DNA of 63,296 nucleotides, the filler included, from Choristocarpus tenellus KU-1152 (Eukaryota > Protista > Phaeophyceae), in NCBI GenBank assembly GCA_964200185.2. It is 12 parts of 12 records of this genome, joined end to end, with 100 filler letters (N's around TTAATTAATTAA, not from the genome) between each part and the next. Parts side by side here need not be neighbours in the genome. Positions count along the whole stretch, not along the records: positions 44,630 to 49,600 come from CAXNAD020012325.1; positions 49,701 to 59,942 come from CAXNAD020003052.1; 10 more parts are not named here. One strand, given 5' to 3'. Shown in pieces: positions 45,838 through 58,991 of this stretch; within the stretch, counting starts at the first letter, position 1, and each line of letters opens with the position of its first letter. A program made the position numbers and the translations under genes. The notes beneath the pieces are model-generated. The model was not told the origin of the DNA. It did no database searches and saw only the letters and a program-made list of their open reading frames with translations.

Positions 45838-48800
45838 GAAACACGGGGACTAAGGAGACTGCCCAAGACCAGTGCCGCTCGTTCGTGGAAGAAATAAAAA
45901 ACGGACCACATCATGGACCTCTTCCTCTCTATGTTTGTCTCAACCACTATGGTCCAGAAGAGATGGAAGGAATCGGCCGCACTTGGAACGACCTTGCCTC
46001 TTGGTTGTTGGATGAGAAAAGCAGATTTGCACTGTTGTTGGCGAGCGCGCTGCGAGTTGTGCTGGCTCGGGAACAATGCGAGTCCACGCCTGATCTCCAG
46101 GTCAAGACATTCCTCGAATGTGTGTAAAGAAAGATCTTAGCACCGAGCACACCCGCCAATTACATACAAATCCATCCTCGTCGGCATCGCTCCTGATGTT
46201 CAAAATAGGCGATGATCGGGTGACATCAACGTTTCAACCCCTTCGGTCCTTCACAGCAAGAAAATATGACATCAACGTCAACACACTAAGGTCATCCGCC
46301 AAGAAACGCACGGAATTCATGCGAGACATGCGGCGACAGACAAGCCCTTCCGCATCGGCTGCGAATGAGGCTGGAGGATCGTCTCCCGTATCCGATACCC
46401 ACGCCCCTCACTGCTCTCCTCAAGGCACCACCCAGAGGTATTGAAGTTCATTCTCATCAACCATGAACGGTGTGACACACACAACTTGGCCCCCGGACGA
46501 ACACGTCCACTGTATGTCGAAGAACAATTTCATCATTAACAGATGCTCGGATGATCCCTTATATCCTGGTGCGCAACTGGCACACGCCCCACATCTCCCA
46601 TCATTACCTCAGACAGAACGGCAGACCAAGGGTATTCGACGTGGGAAGGGACAGCTCCTTGCGACAGTTCGATGTGCAGCATCCTGATACACATGTTCTT
46701 GGCATCACCGTATGGGAGAGCAACAGCACCGCCATGCCCCACGATCCGGTTACATCTCATAATTCCACTCAGGGCATGCACTACTTAGACCAGCATACGA
46801 ACAAGAGAAGTTTGCCGCCCGGATGCACTGTGCCAACAGCACACTCAGAGGTACTCCACACTAGCGACTGCCATCCTCGCAAGTGTTGCGCATATCCACC
46901 CTCGACACTTTATAGATTAATCATTATAACATGTTTATCCTCGACCAACAAAACTTCAACATAACACGACGTATACACAGTGCAACCGACGTGACAACAG
47001 GTCACAGATTGGGATAGATGAGGATGTCTACGCCAACTTCAGCGAGAGATTCGAACAAGAGGGGATTTCAGGACCAATACCCTGTCTGTCGACATTTGTG
47101 AAGTGGAGACCGTTCTACATCACAAAGACCACGCCAAGGTGTGTGCGGAAATAGTCTTTCGATTTCTAGGACACACGCTACAGTGATGCTTGGGTAAGTC
47201 TATGTTTCCTAACCGCCACACGGTACCCAGTCACATACCGCACCATCCGTGTCCACACACAAGGGGTGCTAACCCACCGTATCCCTCCCTCTACTCTTCC
47301 ACGCAATGCAGATCGTGCGATTTGCATTCATCACATGACCACCGACCTCCAGGTTCAGTACCTAAGAGAGAACTGGAAGAAAGTACATGCGAGGACGATC
47401 TTTGGCGACGATGGACAACGCACTTGCACATGCACATGCACATGTGCATTCTGTGACAAAGGGAAAGGATGCGGCTCTGAAAAAGTGGAGGTCGCACTCG
47501 AAAGTGGTGCTTATTTAATGGCCTTCCTCCTGTAAGTTTCTATGCCAAACCACACCCATGACGTGGCGAATGTGTCAACACCACGAGCTGGAATGGTATC
47601 CAAAATAATGAACCCACTGCAGACACACACCAACGTATATACTCACCCTCAAACCGTTTCACTACGTCCTCTAAATACGTGGCAGCGACAGCCGGACTCC
47701 ACTAGTGACGTTCAATCCGCTACTCAAACCTCTACACTGACAACAAAAACCGCTCTTGGACTAATCAAAACAAAACAGATGCAAGAGGACCGTGCTGGAG
47801 CCCCTCCGTGAACCGTCCTCTGGCGGTTCCTTGGGCAGTTTCAAATAGTCTTGTGTCGACGGTACATGTGACAGGTGTGACTGGAAACCTCATCTGATGT
47901 GGAAGTGCCCTTGTATGTTGGACTCTCACAGCACCCGTGCCACATGGAACGAGTTCATTCACGCTTACACCCCGGTGTTGGAGGCGGACCTCAGGTCTGC
48001 AACGAAAGACTTGCCAGGAGATAAAGGTGTTCCTTATCCAAACACTCACCAACTAATTAGATTTGAAAGACGAACCTGTCCGGTTCCACCCTCACGCCGG
48101 GTCTAGGACCGATACAGCAACCTACCCTACTAATCGACCATATCCGCATATGTTCACATCCAGACCACACACCCATGCTGCAATAAATCTCTATGTCTGT
48201 CTACACTGCCACACAGGTGCTGTCCTCTAGACTTGGCATCGCCACCCCCAGCATGACCACTAAAGACGACATGATCCAGATGACCAAGGCGAAACATGCA
48301 GAGCTGAGGGCGGACAGTCTCATGACCGACGATTTGTTTATCGCTAAGTGCATGGTGGGAGAGTCCGTCCCCGACTTCAGGAGGAACAGGATCGAGGAGA
48401 ACGACGACGAAGACGCCACAGGATCTATGGACAAGCACAGCCAGCGACGAAAGGTGAGCGACAGTTTCCTTCGAGTAATAATTACAGTGTGCATTGAATG
48501 TGTCACGGCGTATTCGTCAATCAACGAGCAGATACTTCCTCCCATAGCACCGAACATAATCGATTACACCACAAGAAAGCCTGAATCACCACGACCTATC
48601 ACCAGCAACAACGTTCGAAACACGACCACCTGGCCCATTCATACAGGTGCTGTTCCCAAGGACGGAGGGATTCCCTACACTCCTAAATGTCATATTTGCA
48701 AATTTCGACGAGAGCTTCTTCCTTCATCACAACACCACCATTTGGCAGGCGCAACAGTACAAACACTGCAAATCTCGCCTCCCCAAAGGACACGCTGCCA

Positions 48801-49340
48801 TGTCCATGGACTTCAGCGCCCACCTGCAACACAACCACCTAGACTTGACACAACAAGAGTTCTTCAATCTATTCCTTACAGCGCTCCTGACCATTGTCTG
48901 GTGGTTGAGGGATCTCGGAGAATAGGAAAAGCTTGGGAAGGGAAGGGAAGGGTTTGGGCTCTGAGCATGACGGTGTGCAGTGAAGACCGAAGTTAAGACA
49001 ACGAGTTCGTCCAGGACGCCGTGGAGGTGTTTGTGAAAGACCACCTAATACCCCTAGCCAGTGAATACGGACAGACCCTAGAGGTCCTCCACATCTGGTC
49101 CGATGGCTGCGGGAGTCAGTTCGAGAACAGATGGCAGATATGTGGTGGGCTTCTCAGTCCTTAGCACGGATGGGAATTTCCGTAGTACACAACTTCTTTG
49201 CCTCCTGTCACGGCAAGTCCTTGTCTGATGGAGTAGGGCCGCCAGGAGACTGGAACTACACGGGGTGCGCATGCCAGGAACCTCGTCCCTAGTGGATACT
49301 ACAATCAAGGAAGCTAAATCTCAATACACCTTGAGAGTGG
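45838..49340 (+). mobile_element. Sola2-type DDD transposase pseudogene with spliceosomal introns
   Basis: Ordered motifs: LSTFVKWRPFYI (~47085-47125), RAICIHH (~47312), HHNTTIWQAQQYKHCKSRLPKGHAAMSMDFSAH...QQEFF (48725-48865), SEDRS*DNEFVQ (stop 48994-48996), LHIWSDGCGSQFENRW (49087-49135), VHNFFASCHGKSLSDGVG (~49186-49240). These match the Sola2 DF.., SDG...Q..N and FF...HGK...DG.G motifs. Stops and frameshifts are present; boundaries are approximate. Confidence 0.8.
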
Positions 49341-50405
49341 CGCTACCGCAAAGGTCATACGTTTCCTCCCGGACAGACAATCGTGACAAAGGTAGGCACA
49401 CTCCACATGACGACCCCCCCACACACTCACAAAGTTCAGCCTCTGTTTGCCACTGGCGACATCCCCAACACGTACGCCCCTTACCCACCCATGCAACAAA
49501 CACTCAATATGTATCGTTCAAACTTGTGTCACATCCGTCACTTGTTAAAGTATCCCCAAAATCATCAAAGAGGATAAAGGTGATAAACCCGGCGAGATTG
49601 NNNNNNNNNNNNNNNNNNNNNNNNNNNNNNNNNNNNNNNNNNNNTTAATTAATTAANNNNNNNNNNNNNNNNNNNNNNNNNNNNNNNNNNNNNNNNNNNN
49701 TCCTTGGTGGAATATGAGGCCCAAAACAAACGTAGCAAAACGTGTGAGGGTGTCAAGGGAGTGTCAATAGTAGTGGGTGGGGCTGGGGGTGATGGATTAC
49801 TCTAGACTAAGGGAGGAATGGCATCAGAAATAAAGTTGTCCAAGATAATGTCTAGGTGGCGTGGGAGGAAAAAATGGCAAAGGGCATTCATTGTCTCGAA
49901 TGTGACACTTAGGTTGTTCCCACAATTTCATTATGGTGTCATGCCCCTCTACTCTCAATTTCAGCACTTAACACTCCTCATGGGGACGGGAGGAGAGACA
50001 GAGGAATTAGAATAATATCAAAATTAGAACAATTATGACATCACAGATACGCACACATGTTTTACCGGGAGCATTCCATGGTGCCCCTGCAATGATGCAC
50101 TCCTGAGGATGGGCGTGGTAGAGAGGGGTAGGGTGTACTATTGATCCAAAAACTGGCGATGGTTGACTCCCTATCTTGTATTCAATCTTGGAAAGGGCAA
50201 CTTGATATTTGTACCATCGTTTGAACAGCTAGTTTTCCCAACATTTTCCTAGTCGGCAATCTATATAATTCCAAAATGCAAAGTACGGTTCTACTTAGCT
50301 AGGTCAAGAAAAACTGCTTCATGAAGTTGTCAACTATACTTCAACACAATAGCTAAACACAACCCTCTCAAATCATCCCTTGTTTAACTGCAGGCTACTG
50401 CTTGC

Positions 50406-53400
50406 CTGACATCTCTCTTATCAATGCCCATCCCAAAGGCAACGCTCCCACATATGACATTCACATCTCCTGCCATAAAGAGTTCCTAGGACAGGGGGGG
50501 TTGCCACACACACAATGCATATACATGGATACAGCAAACGTTAAAAAGGCCTCAGTGCCTGCTCACACAGGCGCAGACATGGGCACACATAAAATGAACA
50601 CAGACACATACCCATAGGCGAAAGACACAAGGACAGGCACAAACATGCATAAATATCAAACACAGCCTGGACATAAGGCACATAAATAAACTGTATCGTG
50701 TTGGGAGTATGGGGACAACATATTTAGGATTACTAATTACAAATTACTAATACCATACGTATCTCTATTTGGACATGGACTCACTTGCTGAATGCCATGG
50801 GAGCATACAGGAGCACAAGGACACACTGACTCTAACTCCTCAGCACAAAAACAAGTCGCTCCACCATATGCACAATTGTACACCCTCCAATGCCTTGCAA
50901 GCATTCCCTGTGCACAATAGCACTTACCTTTCAACCTAAACATGAGCACCATCAACATCAGCACTTGGTGTCTTACTCACCACGGAATATTCCTGATTGA
51001 CTGTAGTAGTGTTGAACTCACCCGGTGGGATAAGTCAAACCACGGCAGTGATGCCTCCCTACTACAACCACTAAATTGGAAGGCACTTAACTTGTCAAGA
51101 ATGCCCTAAACACACCTGGGCATCACATCGCTCAGCATCACTCATCTTGCCATGGTAAGGCATTGCACGGAAAGCAATGCCCTGGGATTCACCACTTCCT
51201 TGCCTCATTTTGACGTTGAGTTCTTGTGCCAAATCCTCAGCTGTGTCCCTCTGTTGCCAGCAAGTACACCATGCGGAGGCAGGGTTGCACAGGCAGGCCG
51301 GGATGGGAGGGGTTGGGTATATGGGAAAGTGCGTATTTTATGATACCATCATTGTGTCAGGTAGAGAAAGTTGTTAGAGGCATCGCTCAATAAGCCTGCA
51401 ATTGCACACTAGTGTGAGAGAGTTAGGTGTTACAATGTTGAAGTTGGAGTATTTGTATACCTCAGTGTATCTACAGTATGTACCTCTTGTGTGTGTGTGT
51501 GTGTGTATTTGTGTTTGTGTGTGCAAGCTCATTAACACACCAGTATGTAAACACAAGCATGGTATGCATGAAAGACATCTTCCTTGCAGCGTTTCACCTT
51601 ATGGCAATAGATAATACCCGCCTCCCGCCGCCTACTTCGCAAGAAGTCTACAAGGTCATCGAGGGCGTTCTCAAGGACATCCTTGTACCTGCACACAGTG
51701 TAGTTCATGGACTGAATTAAGCATGAGAAACAGACTTCAAGGCGACAGAGTGTTGCATTCACCTGGGGTGGGGAGAGCAGCATGCAACCACTGCTGGCGA
51801 CCCACAAATCCAAGAAAGTGTGGAAGAGCACCTAAACATGCCTCTGCTGCAAAATGTCCCGTTGAAATACTTGGAAATATTCGCAATTGCAAACATGAAC
51901 AGTGCAAAAGATTACACACACATATACAAGCACACATACACCGGTCCACAATTGAAAATGAGGTGATTCCAAGGGATTTATACCCCTGCAGGACAAAAAG
52001 CACCAACAGCTCCATATCGTCGGAAAATATGCGGATTCAGTACCCCGCAATGATGATCATAACCTAATCACCTAACAGACAACGATATCTCTGGTCGGTT
52101 GAAGGAGGTCTTCAGCGCCGCAGGCACAGCCAGTCTAAGGTGCTTCTTGATGTCCTCGCACACCTGAGTTCGGACCGAGAAAAGAGAGCACAGCAACGCA
52201 GCAATTTCGTCGTGGAAGGTGACAATGGTGTGAGCAACCCTCCTCTATGTTCAGGACGAGAGCAGACAATATGGAATATGAGCTTGGTTGCAATAGCCCA
52301 GCCACAGTCAGGTATGGGAACTTACGGCCTTTCATCAACTCAAAATTGGTAGAAAAAAATTGGCATCAACTGCTAATACTTGCTCTGCATGAGCACATAC
52401 ATAGACCCCCCCCCAAACTACAGCACTCTGCCATGCACATAATTCTGGTCATGCCTGGTCGGTGGCTGTAGCAGTGAGGGCAAGGCAAGGCACACCGGGA
52501 AGTCTCTTTTGGCGAAGTTCCCCAATCTGCAGGAAGGCAGGCCGGAAATCATGCCCCCATGAGCTAACACAGTGCGCCTCATCTACAGCCAGCAAGCTCA
52601 CCAGACCTCTACAGTGTTGACATGGCAATTGTAGGGCAAGGGGGAAGGGAGAGCATGGGGGGCCAAAGACCCTCCGTTTGAGATGGTAGACTCTGTGAAG
52701 TAATACAAAATTGGGGGCAAATCTGGCTGAGATCAGACTTGACAACTTGAAGGACATGAGAAAATGACAGCGGTGGCAGCAGGGTAAGGAGGTCAGTTGC
52801 GTAATACAAAAACACCACTACCCTGGAGTACCCTGAGAAACTATGAATAAATGAACTTCTGCAACATGTATATTTAGAGGATTTGGGTAGTGGAAGTCAA
52901 GTTTAAAAGTCTATGGGAGCAAAGAAGCAATGACAATATACCGAGGACTTGGAGCAAAGGGGAGGATGCAGGTCAAATGATTCTTTTTAGCTTTCATATG
53001 GTGCAAAACTGTGGGCAAACTCACTCCAGTGAAATTTTCCCGTCACGCTACGTCCTACATCCTTGAAAAAAAAGTGAACGAATTGTTGACACTATGATTT
53101 ATCATTCCACGACTCAATTTTCCACACAGAGGGTTGACGGCGAACAAATGCATCACAATTGCCAAATCCATGGTTGTAGTGGACAACCTCTTGGCAGCCT
53201 CATCACAGTGGTACAATGGGGTTTTCATTGAAGTGAAAACTTTGGGAAACTTTGTAAGTGGAAGGAGGAGAAGAGGAAGAAGAGGTCCTGCATTCTGTAG
53301 AGTAACTTCCCTTTCCTCTGAGCAGAGCATGTGGAGTACCGTCCGGGTATAGGCCCACGGATGGGTTTGGGGACTATGTTGAGGTTATGAGCTGTCTATA

Positions 53401-55862
53401 ACCACAAGAGTTTAACTCACAGTACTACATACATATTCAGCATATATATTGAAGCTGTCATCGTATTAACTACAATTGACTTAAACTGTGAAATATGGTA
53501 CTCGAAAAGAAGATAGACACTTCAGCAAAACGTTAGTGCATGATAGCATAACCTACATCAAGAATGTAAGGGGGCAAGATAGCAAAGTGTGACGCAACAC
53601 ACCCAAATATTGGAACACACGATAAATCGTTGGATAAATCATTGGAATGTGCCGTAACACTGCTGCACATCAATATACCTTCATGTCATCTATCAAGCGT
53701 TCGAGCACCAAGGCACAAAGCATACTATTACATCAAACAATAACGCTGTTCTACATCTACAAGTCACAGAGACAGGTCCTAGAGCATTACCGGTTTTCAC
53801 AAGAAGCTTACAACGCACCTCTCAGCAAGGTTCTCTAGGGCAGTTCCAATCTCTCCATTTCGAACCAGCATCTCTGGGGTGAGGTACAGCAGCTTGATAC
53901 GTGGATACCCCCTGAGATCCTTCATCACTTCTGCTGCGCCAGCCACAGAGCTTGCTGCTGATGTGAGTGCAGCTGCTGCAACCCCTTTTTCCCGGAGGGC
54001 TCTCAACTGTGACCAAAGGTCGTGTACATATGTAGTTGTGGGAGTGTGGATGTGGATGGGTGTAAATGAAACGTGTATGATATAGTAGAATATCACATAT
54101 CTTCATAGGCTTCTCCTTGCAATCACTACAAAAAGGTATCAACGGAGCCCAATAACAATGCACAAAATACTTCAAAAGGTACCGCACTTCTCCTCAAGGG
54201 TAAGTACATGAAATTGAATAAAATTACATGGTACAATCAATCGTAGACAGCTTGAAGTTTCAGAGGTATGCGTTCACATTTATAGTTAGTACCATGTATT
54301 ACTTGTTTTGTAACCATGATGAACGGCGGGTGCTGTACTCAACAAAAAGAAACACTTGTGGCATGCTTGCCCTGCCAATTAAGCATTTATCTTGGCAATA
54401 ACAAATGACATCCGCCATTTGTCACAAGTTATCCATAATCCATTTCGTCTAGGTTCCTGCCGTGGGTTCTGGCTGTGTGTACTTAACATCAGTGTGCTGG
54501 AGGTGTAAATGGAGTGAGGGCAGATCAAGTCAAGAAACAGATATGACCTGGCCTTGACCGCAACAGCAAACAGGATAGGTGCGCAACAACCATGTGATTA
54601 AAAAGAGAATGTATCCATGGGGAAACATAGAGACCACAAGGTAGGTGACTGGGAGGATTCAGGATGCAATATTCGAAGAACATGCCGCATTGTCCAAGCG
54701 TTCGACCCATAGTATCTTAGAGGGGGGGGTGTTTAGTCCAGGTTGTCAATTCGGGGCTTGATGGGGTGCTGTATGATACTCCAATTTTATGCCCATGCTA
54801 CAAGTGATTTTCCTTCAAATTTGGTTCAGGCAGGAGGACGGAAAAAGGTGTGTTCAGATGAAGAAAAGTACCCTTACATCCATGTTCACTAAAATAATTT
54901 GTAAATCACTACAGGTTAACACAGGCCCCGAATGGACATCTGATCCCCCCTCTAGGATACTGTGGGCCTTATCTTCCAGGACACCATTCCTGCCTGCCCC
55001 GCCATTCCTGAAACACCTCCGTGCACACAATTACCTGGTCCTGTGTCAGTGCAATGAGGGGGCTGATGATGATGGCCAAACCTTCGGAAGCCACTGCAGG
55101 AAGTTGATAACACAGAGATTTCCCGCCCCCAGTGGGCATGACCACCAGGGCATCCTTGCCTGCCAGTACTGTCTTTATTGCTTCCTGTTTATTACGCACG
55201 TAAGAAGACAAGTTGGGAGACAGTAGTGATGGAGGATAGAGGCGTACACCTGGATGTTTCCATCTCGGTTGACAATCTGAAACATTGGACGTTGATTTCG
55301 TAGCAGCTAGGAACGTGCACCAAAGCTCAATACGGTTATAGTGTCAGAACGATGCATGAGGGGGTGTCTTTTGCTTAGCCACAAGATGCGACTTTCGAGT
55401 ACAGCACACTACCAACAGCATCGACATCCACATGATCACAATTACCTTAGTCGTATTGACAGTAAAGTGAGAAGTGAGAAGATGGAAGCCCAGCGTGTGA
55501 CATCTCTCTATGCATATTGTGTGTTCTCATTATACCTCTCTGATCAGTCCCATTTTCTGTGCATGGATGCACCAGCAACTCAACAGTGAAGAACCTAAAG
55601 CTTAACCTTACTACCTCTGCTGACTATTACCCTAATCCAAACTCTACGACGATCAGGACAGGGCATTTTCAGAAGATGGTACAGTCTTGTATCAGAACCA
55701 GAGGATAACATGTGCTTCTTATTTCGATGCGCGCACCTCTTGCCTACCCCTGAACGCGTCGTGCCCGAAAACTCTGTGCATCAATGACTTGATTCTCTTC
55801 ATCTTCCGCTGCAAGAGGTTGTTATCACCGCCTCCCAGCCTGTAGGCTCCGTTTTCCTCCAT
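50406..55862 (-). CDS. RECQ: RecQ-family ATP-dependent DNA helicase, 5' part (3' end lost in gap)
   Basis: Phase-consistent exons 55862-55737, 55184-55035, 54006-53819, 52608-52455, 52163-52072, 51688-51598, 51250-51116 and 50485-50406. Motifs [82 protein letters not shown] and [13 protein letters not shown]. Confidence 0.96.
54704..54968. mobile_element. Diverged MITE of the same TIR family inside RecQ intron 2
   Basis: GACCCATAGTATCTTAGAGGGGGGG ... CCGAATGGAC...CCCCCCTCTAGGATACTGTGGGCC inverted ends. Confidence 0.65.
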
Positions 55863-56562
55863 TCAGGTCGCTGTTATCGGTGTGGCGATAGATAACAGGA
55901 GATGAACCAAGACGACGGAATCTGCACTAAGACAGACCGACTGGGGTCCGATCGGCCTGTCGCCTGGACCTGACCCCTGAGCACTTGGAAGCGAAAAAAC
56001 ATAAAACCAACTCTACATTGAAGTCTACTCTGCTCTTATGCAAGTGGGTGAGGTATGATGGAAAATTCATATTACCTCTAACAATATTTAGTAGTAAACA
56101 CATGCTTTGATCGGCTCTCGTGGGAGGTTCTCTTCTATGCCATGACGGGGGTTATTGAGAAGCATCTCTGCGCTACATCATATTGGAGATGATTTTCTTC
56201 GTGCAATCAATGGAGTCCAATAGTAAATCACGAAGGTGCTATGACGATATTGTAGGCCAAAATCACTTCAAATGGCCTACCATAGAAGGATAACTGGGGC
56301 AGGCTGGGGACCGAGGAAGTCTGTCGCAACGAGGCTATTTCTTGTGGAATCAAGACAATTATTGTTAGGTGAGTTCGCTGGTGTCTCTTGCCCTGTAGCC
56401 CACTCCAAGCGCTACATGGCCAGGTTATGGGTGAAATACTGAATTTTGGTTATATTATATCACCAACATTTGGATGCCACAAGTTGAAGAACGTTAACTC
56501 TATAAATCCGGTCGAGGATGGGAGCGTTAAAGTCTTCTCTCGGAACGTTGGGGGGAGTGCAG

Positions 56563-58991
56563 GGAGAGGAAGTCGAGCAGCGATGGAAGGAAGAGGCCAT
56601 CCACAATTTATGCAACTCGTATGTCAAGCTTGCCCCCTCTAAGGTGGAGGGCGTGGGTGTGTTCGCTCTGAGGGACATTCCAGAAGGGGCGGTAGTCATG
56701 CGCTGGGATTGGTGAGAGAAACTGGTGTTGACACGTTCGTCTATCTTGCAGTCTGCATATAAGTTCACAATTAATACACTATACGTTACACTCCAGTTAA
56801 CCGAGCAACATCTCCCCACTCCTGTTCACTGATGATACTAGCAAACTCCTTCTCAATACTCCCAATCTTCGAAGGTATAGGTACGCAAGCACAAGCATTG
56901 AAAGTGAGGAGCTGAAACGGAGGGTGCCTTCTGAGGTATATGATCAACTGAAGTGAGTGGCGAGATGCGCAAGGAGATGCCTCCTTCATCAGTTGCAGCA
57001 GAAAGCTGCTGCGCCCCATTTCATGTCGAGGGTAGGTCTTTGCCCCGAGGTGATAAATCCTTTTGGGGGATGTGCTTAGAAGACAGTGCACTGCAGTAGA
57101 TGTTGTTTTATGCAAGGTGAAACCGGAAGAACGAGAAAGTGGATATCGGTGTAGATAACCTACCTCCTACTTCAGCATTACGCTGCTTCGAAGGTCTCGG
57201 GTCCGTCTACAGTCTGTATCTCTTTGTTGCCTTTGCAAAGAAATTTTGCCATGAGGTTTGACTATTAAATACGTTAATTTATCCCACAAGGGTATATTGG
57301 TGGATGTGGTGTGCGTTCTTGATGTGTGTTACTTTGGATTTGCTAGTTTTCTTCTTTCCGTTTCTTCTTGTAAGAGTTGGGACTGGTCATTCCCTCGTGG
57401 TATCTGGATCGTGGTCAATATTAGTTCTGTGGAAAAGGATTGTTTGGAGGTGATCAGAGAGGCCTAATTCCATCCTGGGGAACACACCTCACCACATACA
57501 TGTGATCCATGTCAGGTGATTCAACAAATCCTCTCGTTGAAGTATTCGATTAGCAGCAACGTGATCAACGCATATCCGCAATTACGACCTCTTGATAAAC
57601 AGGGGTTGACATTTTTGTGTTAACAAAGCAATATGGGTGGGTGGGGACATGGGAGGGGCGTCAGCAATAAGTTCCAAAATTATATGAGAATACAAAGAAA
57701 TATTTCCCACCCTGAGACCACACTCAACACGAAATTGGGCTCTTGGACATGGACCATAGGGAAATTCTAGACTGGATGAACTAGTTGCAGATCAGATGCA
57801 GGAGAAAAAGAGTTTGGCACTACTGCAAAGTGTTCTGAGGTTTGCCCTTATCCCTCTTACATCTCCTTTTGCAACAGACACATTTGGCATGTTGATAGAG
57901 GCGACAATGTAATCACACCACTGGACTTCACAGCCACTGTGAGCTACGTCAATTTCCTCAACCATGCAGATGAGGTGTGTGTACCACAGTTTATGGATTG
58001 GGATGTCAGGCTCGAAAAATAGTCCCCTTTTGTGTGCTGAACCCCTCATCATAAGACATGCAACAACCATTTTGGGCTCATTACACTACAGATATGAAGT
58101 TTATTATTCGTTAGGTTGACACGATAGATACATTCTTGATTGTTCGTGGTCTGGTATGTGATATAGTGTGTTGAGAAAGAACTGTCAATGTAATAGTGCT
58201 TGAAGCTACATCCTTCGAGCTTGCCTGTTCTGAGACAGCTGTGCTATTGTTTATTTTTTTCTATTCCATTATAAAGCATAATACATTTTGACAAAAAAAA
58301 AAAACCTTGATGTGCATTCATCCACCCAACCAATTTATGCGTAGAGACCCTTTTCCTTTTGATGATTAGACATTTTTTCCTCAGAAATAACTCTTCTTCT
58401 CTGGATGTGCAATGTAAAAGGTATTCAGGTGGAGTAGTTGATGTGTGATGAAACAGTGACTTCCATAGATACTCTCACAATGCTCCACACTGATCCAATA
58501 GAATCGTTACAGACCTTTCTTATACATAGGACGCAACAGGACAAACTGCCACTTGACAACAGGTAGCTCTAAAGGAAAAGGGTGGAGTCTATCATGATGC
58601 CTGTCCTTTCTCAAGATCTGCAGGAAATGTATTTGAATCTGATTCAAGTGCTGCGTCTGGTCTCTGCTGCCTGAGCAAATGTGTACTCCTTCCTGATACC
58701 TTTACCACAAAATCCCCCCTTTTGTCCCTTGTACAGCCTAACTTAAGGTACTGGGATTCTGACAACACCTACACTGCTGCTCGTGATATTTGCTGTGGAG
58801 AAGAGCTTTGTATCAACTATAATCTAGACTACTATCCTGGGTACACAAAACTGTTCATGCCCGGAGTAGATGAGAGCAAGGAGGGTGTCCAAGTGGAGCA
58901 TGACAATGTCAAGAGCTCGGGTGCAGCTGACATTCCTGCTACTTCTGCTGTAGTTAAGACACTCACAGGTCATCCTTCTCCAACTCCGTAA
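56563..58991 (+). CDS. Small SET-domain protein (lysine methyltransferase-like); some exons unresolved
   Basis: Exon 56563-56711 YVKLAPSKVEGVGVFALRDIPEG; exon 57878-57974 ...SYVNFLNHADE; exon 58737-58991 PNLRYWDSDNTYTAARDICCGEELCINY...*. These are SET motifs G.G.FA..DI..G, NH...PN and A.RDI..GEEL..NY. The first exon (possibly ~56272-56368) and middle exons are not resolved. Confidence 0.85.

Noticed and set aside
52660-52750. VVKSDLSQI segment as an out-of-order RecQ exon
   Set aside because: The true post-motif-III exon ([11 protein letters not shown]...SFNRPEI) is at 52163-52072 in the correct order; this segment is intronic.
21214-55862. Apparent DNA-repair gene cluster (UVSSA and RecQ)
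   Set aside because: The genes are on different contigs separated by artificial spacers.
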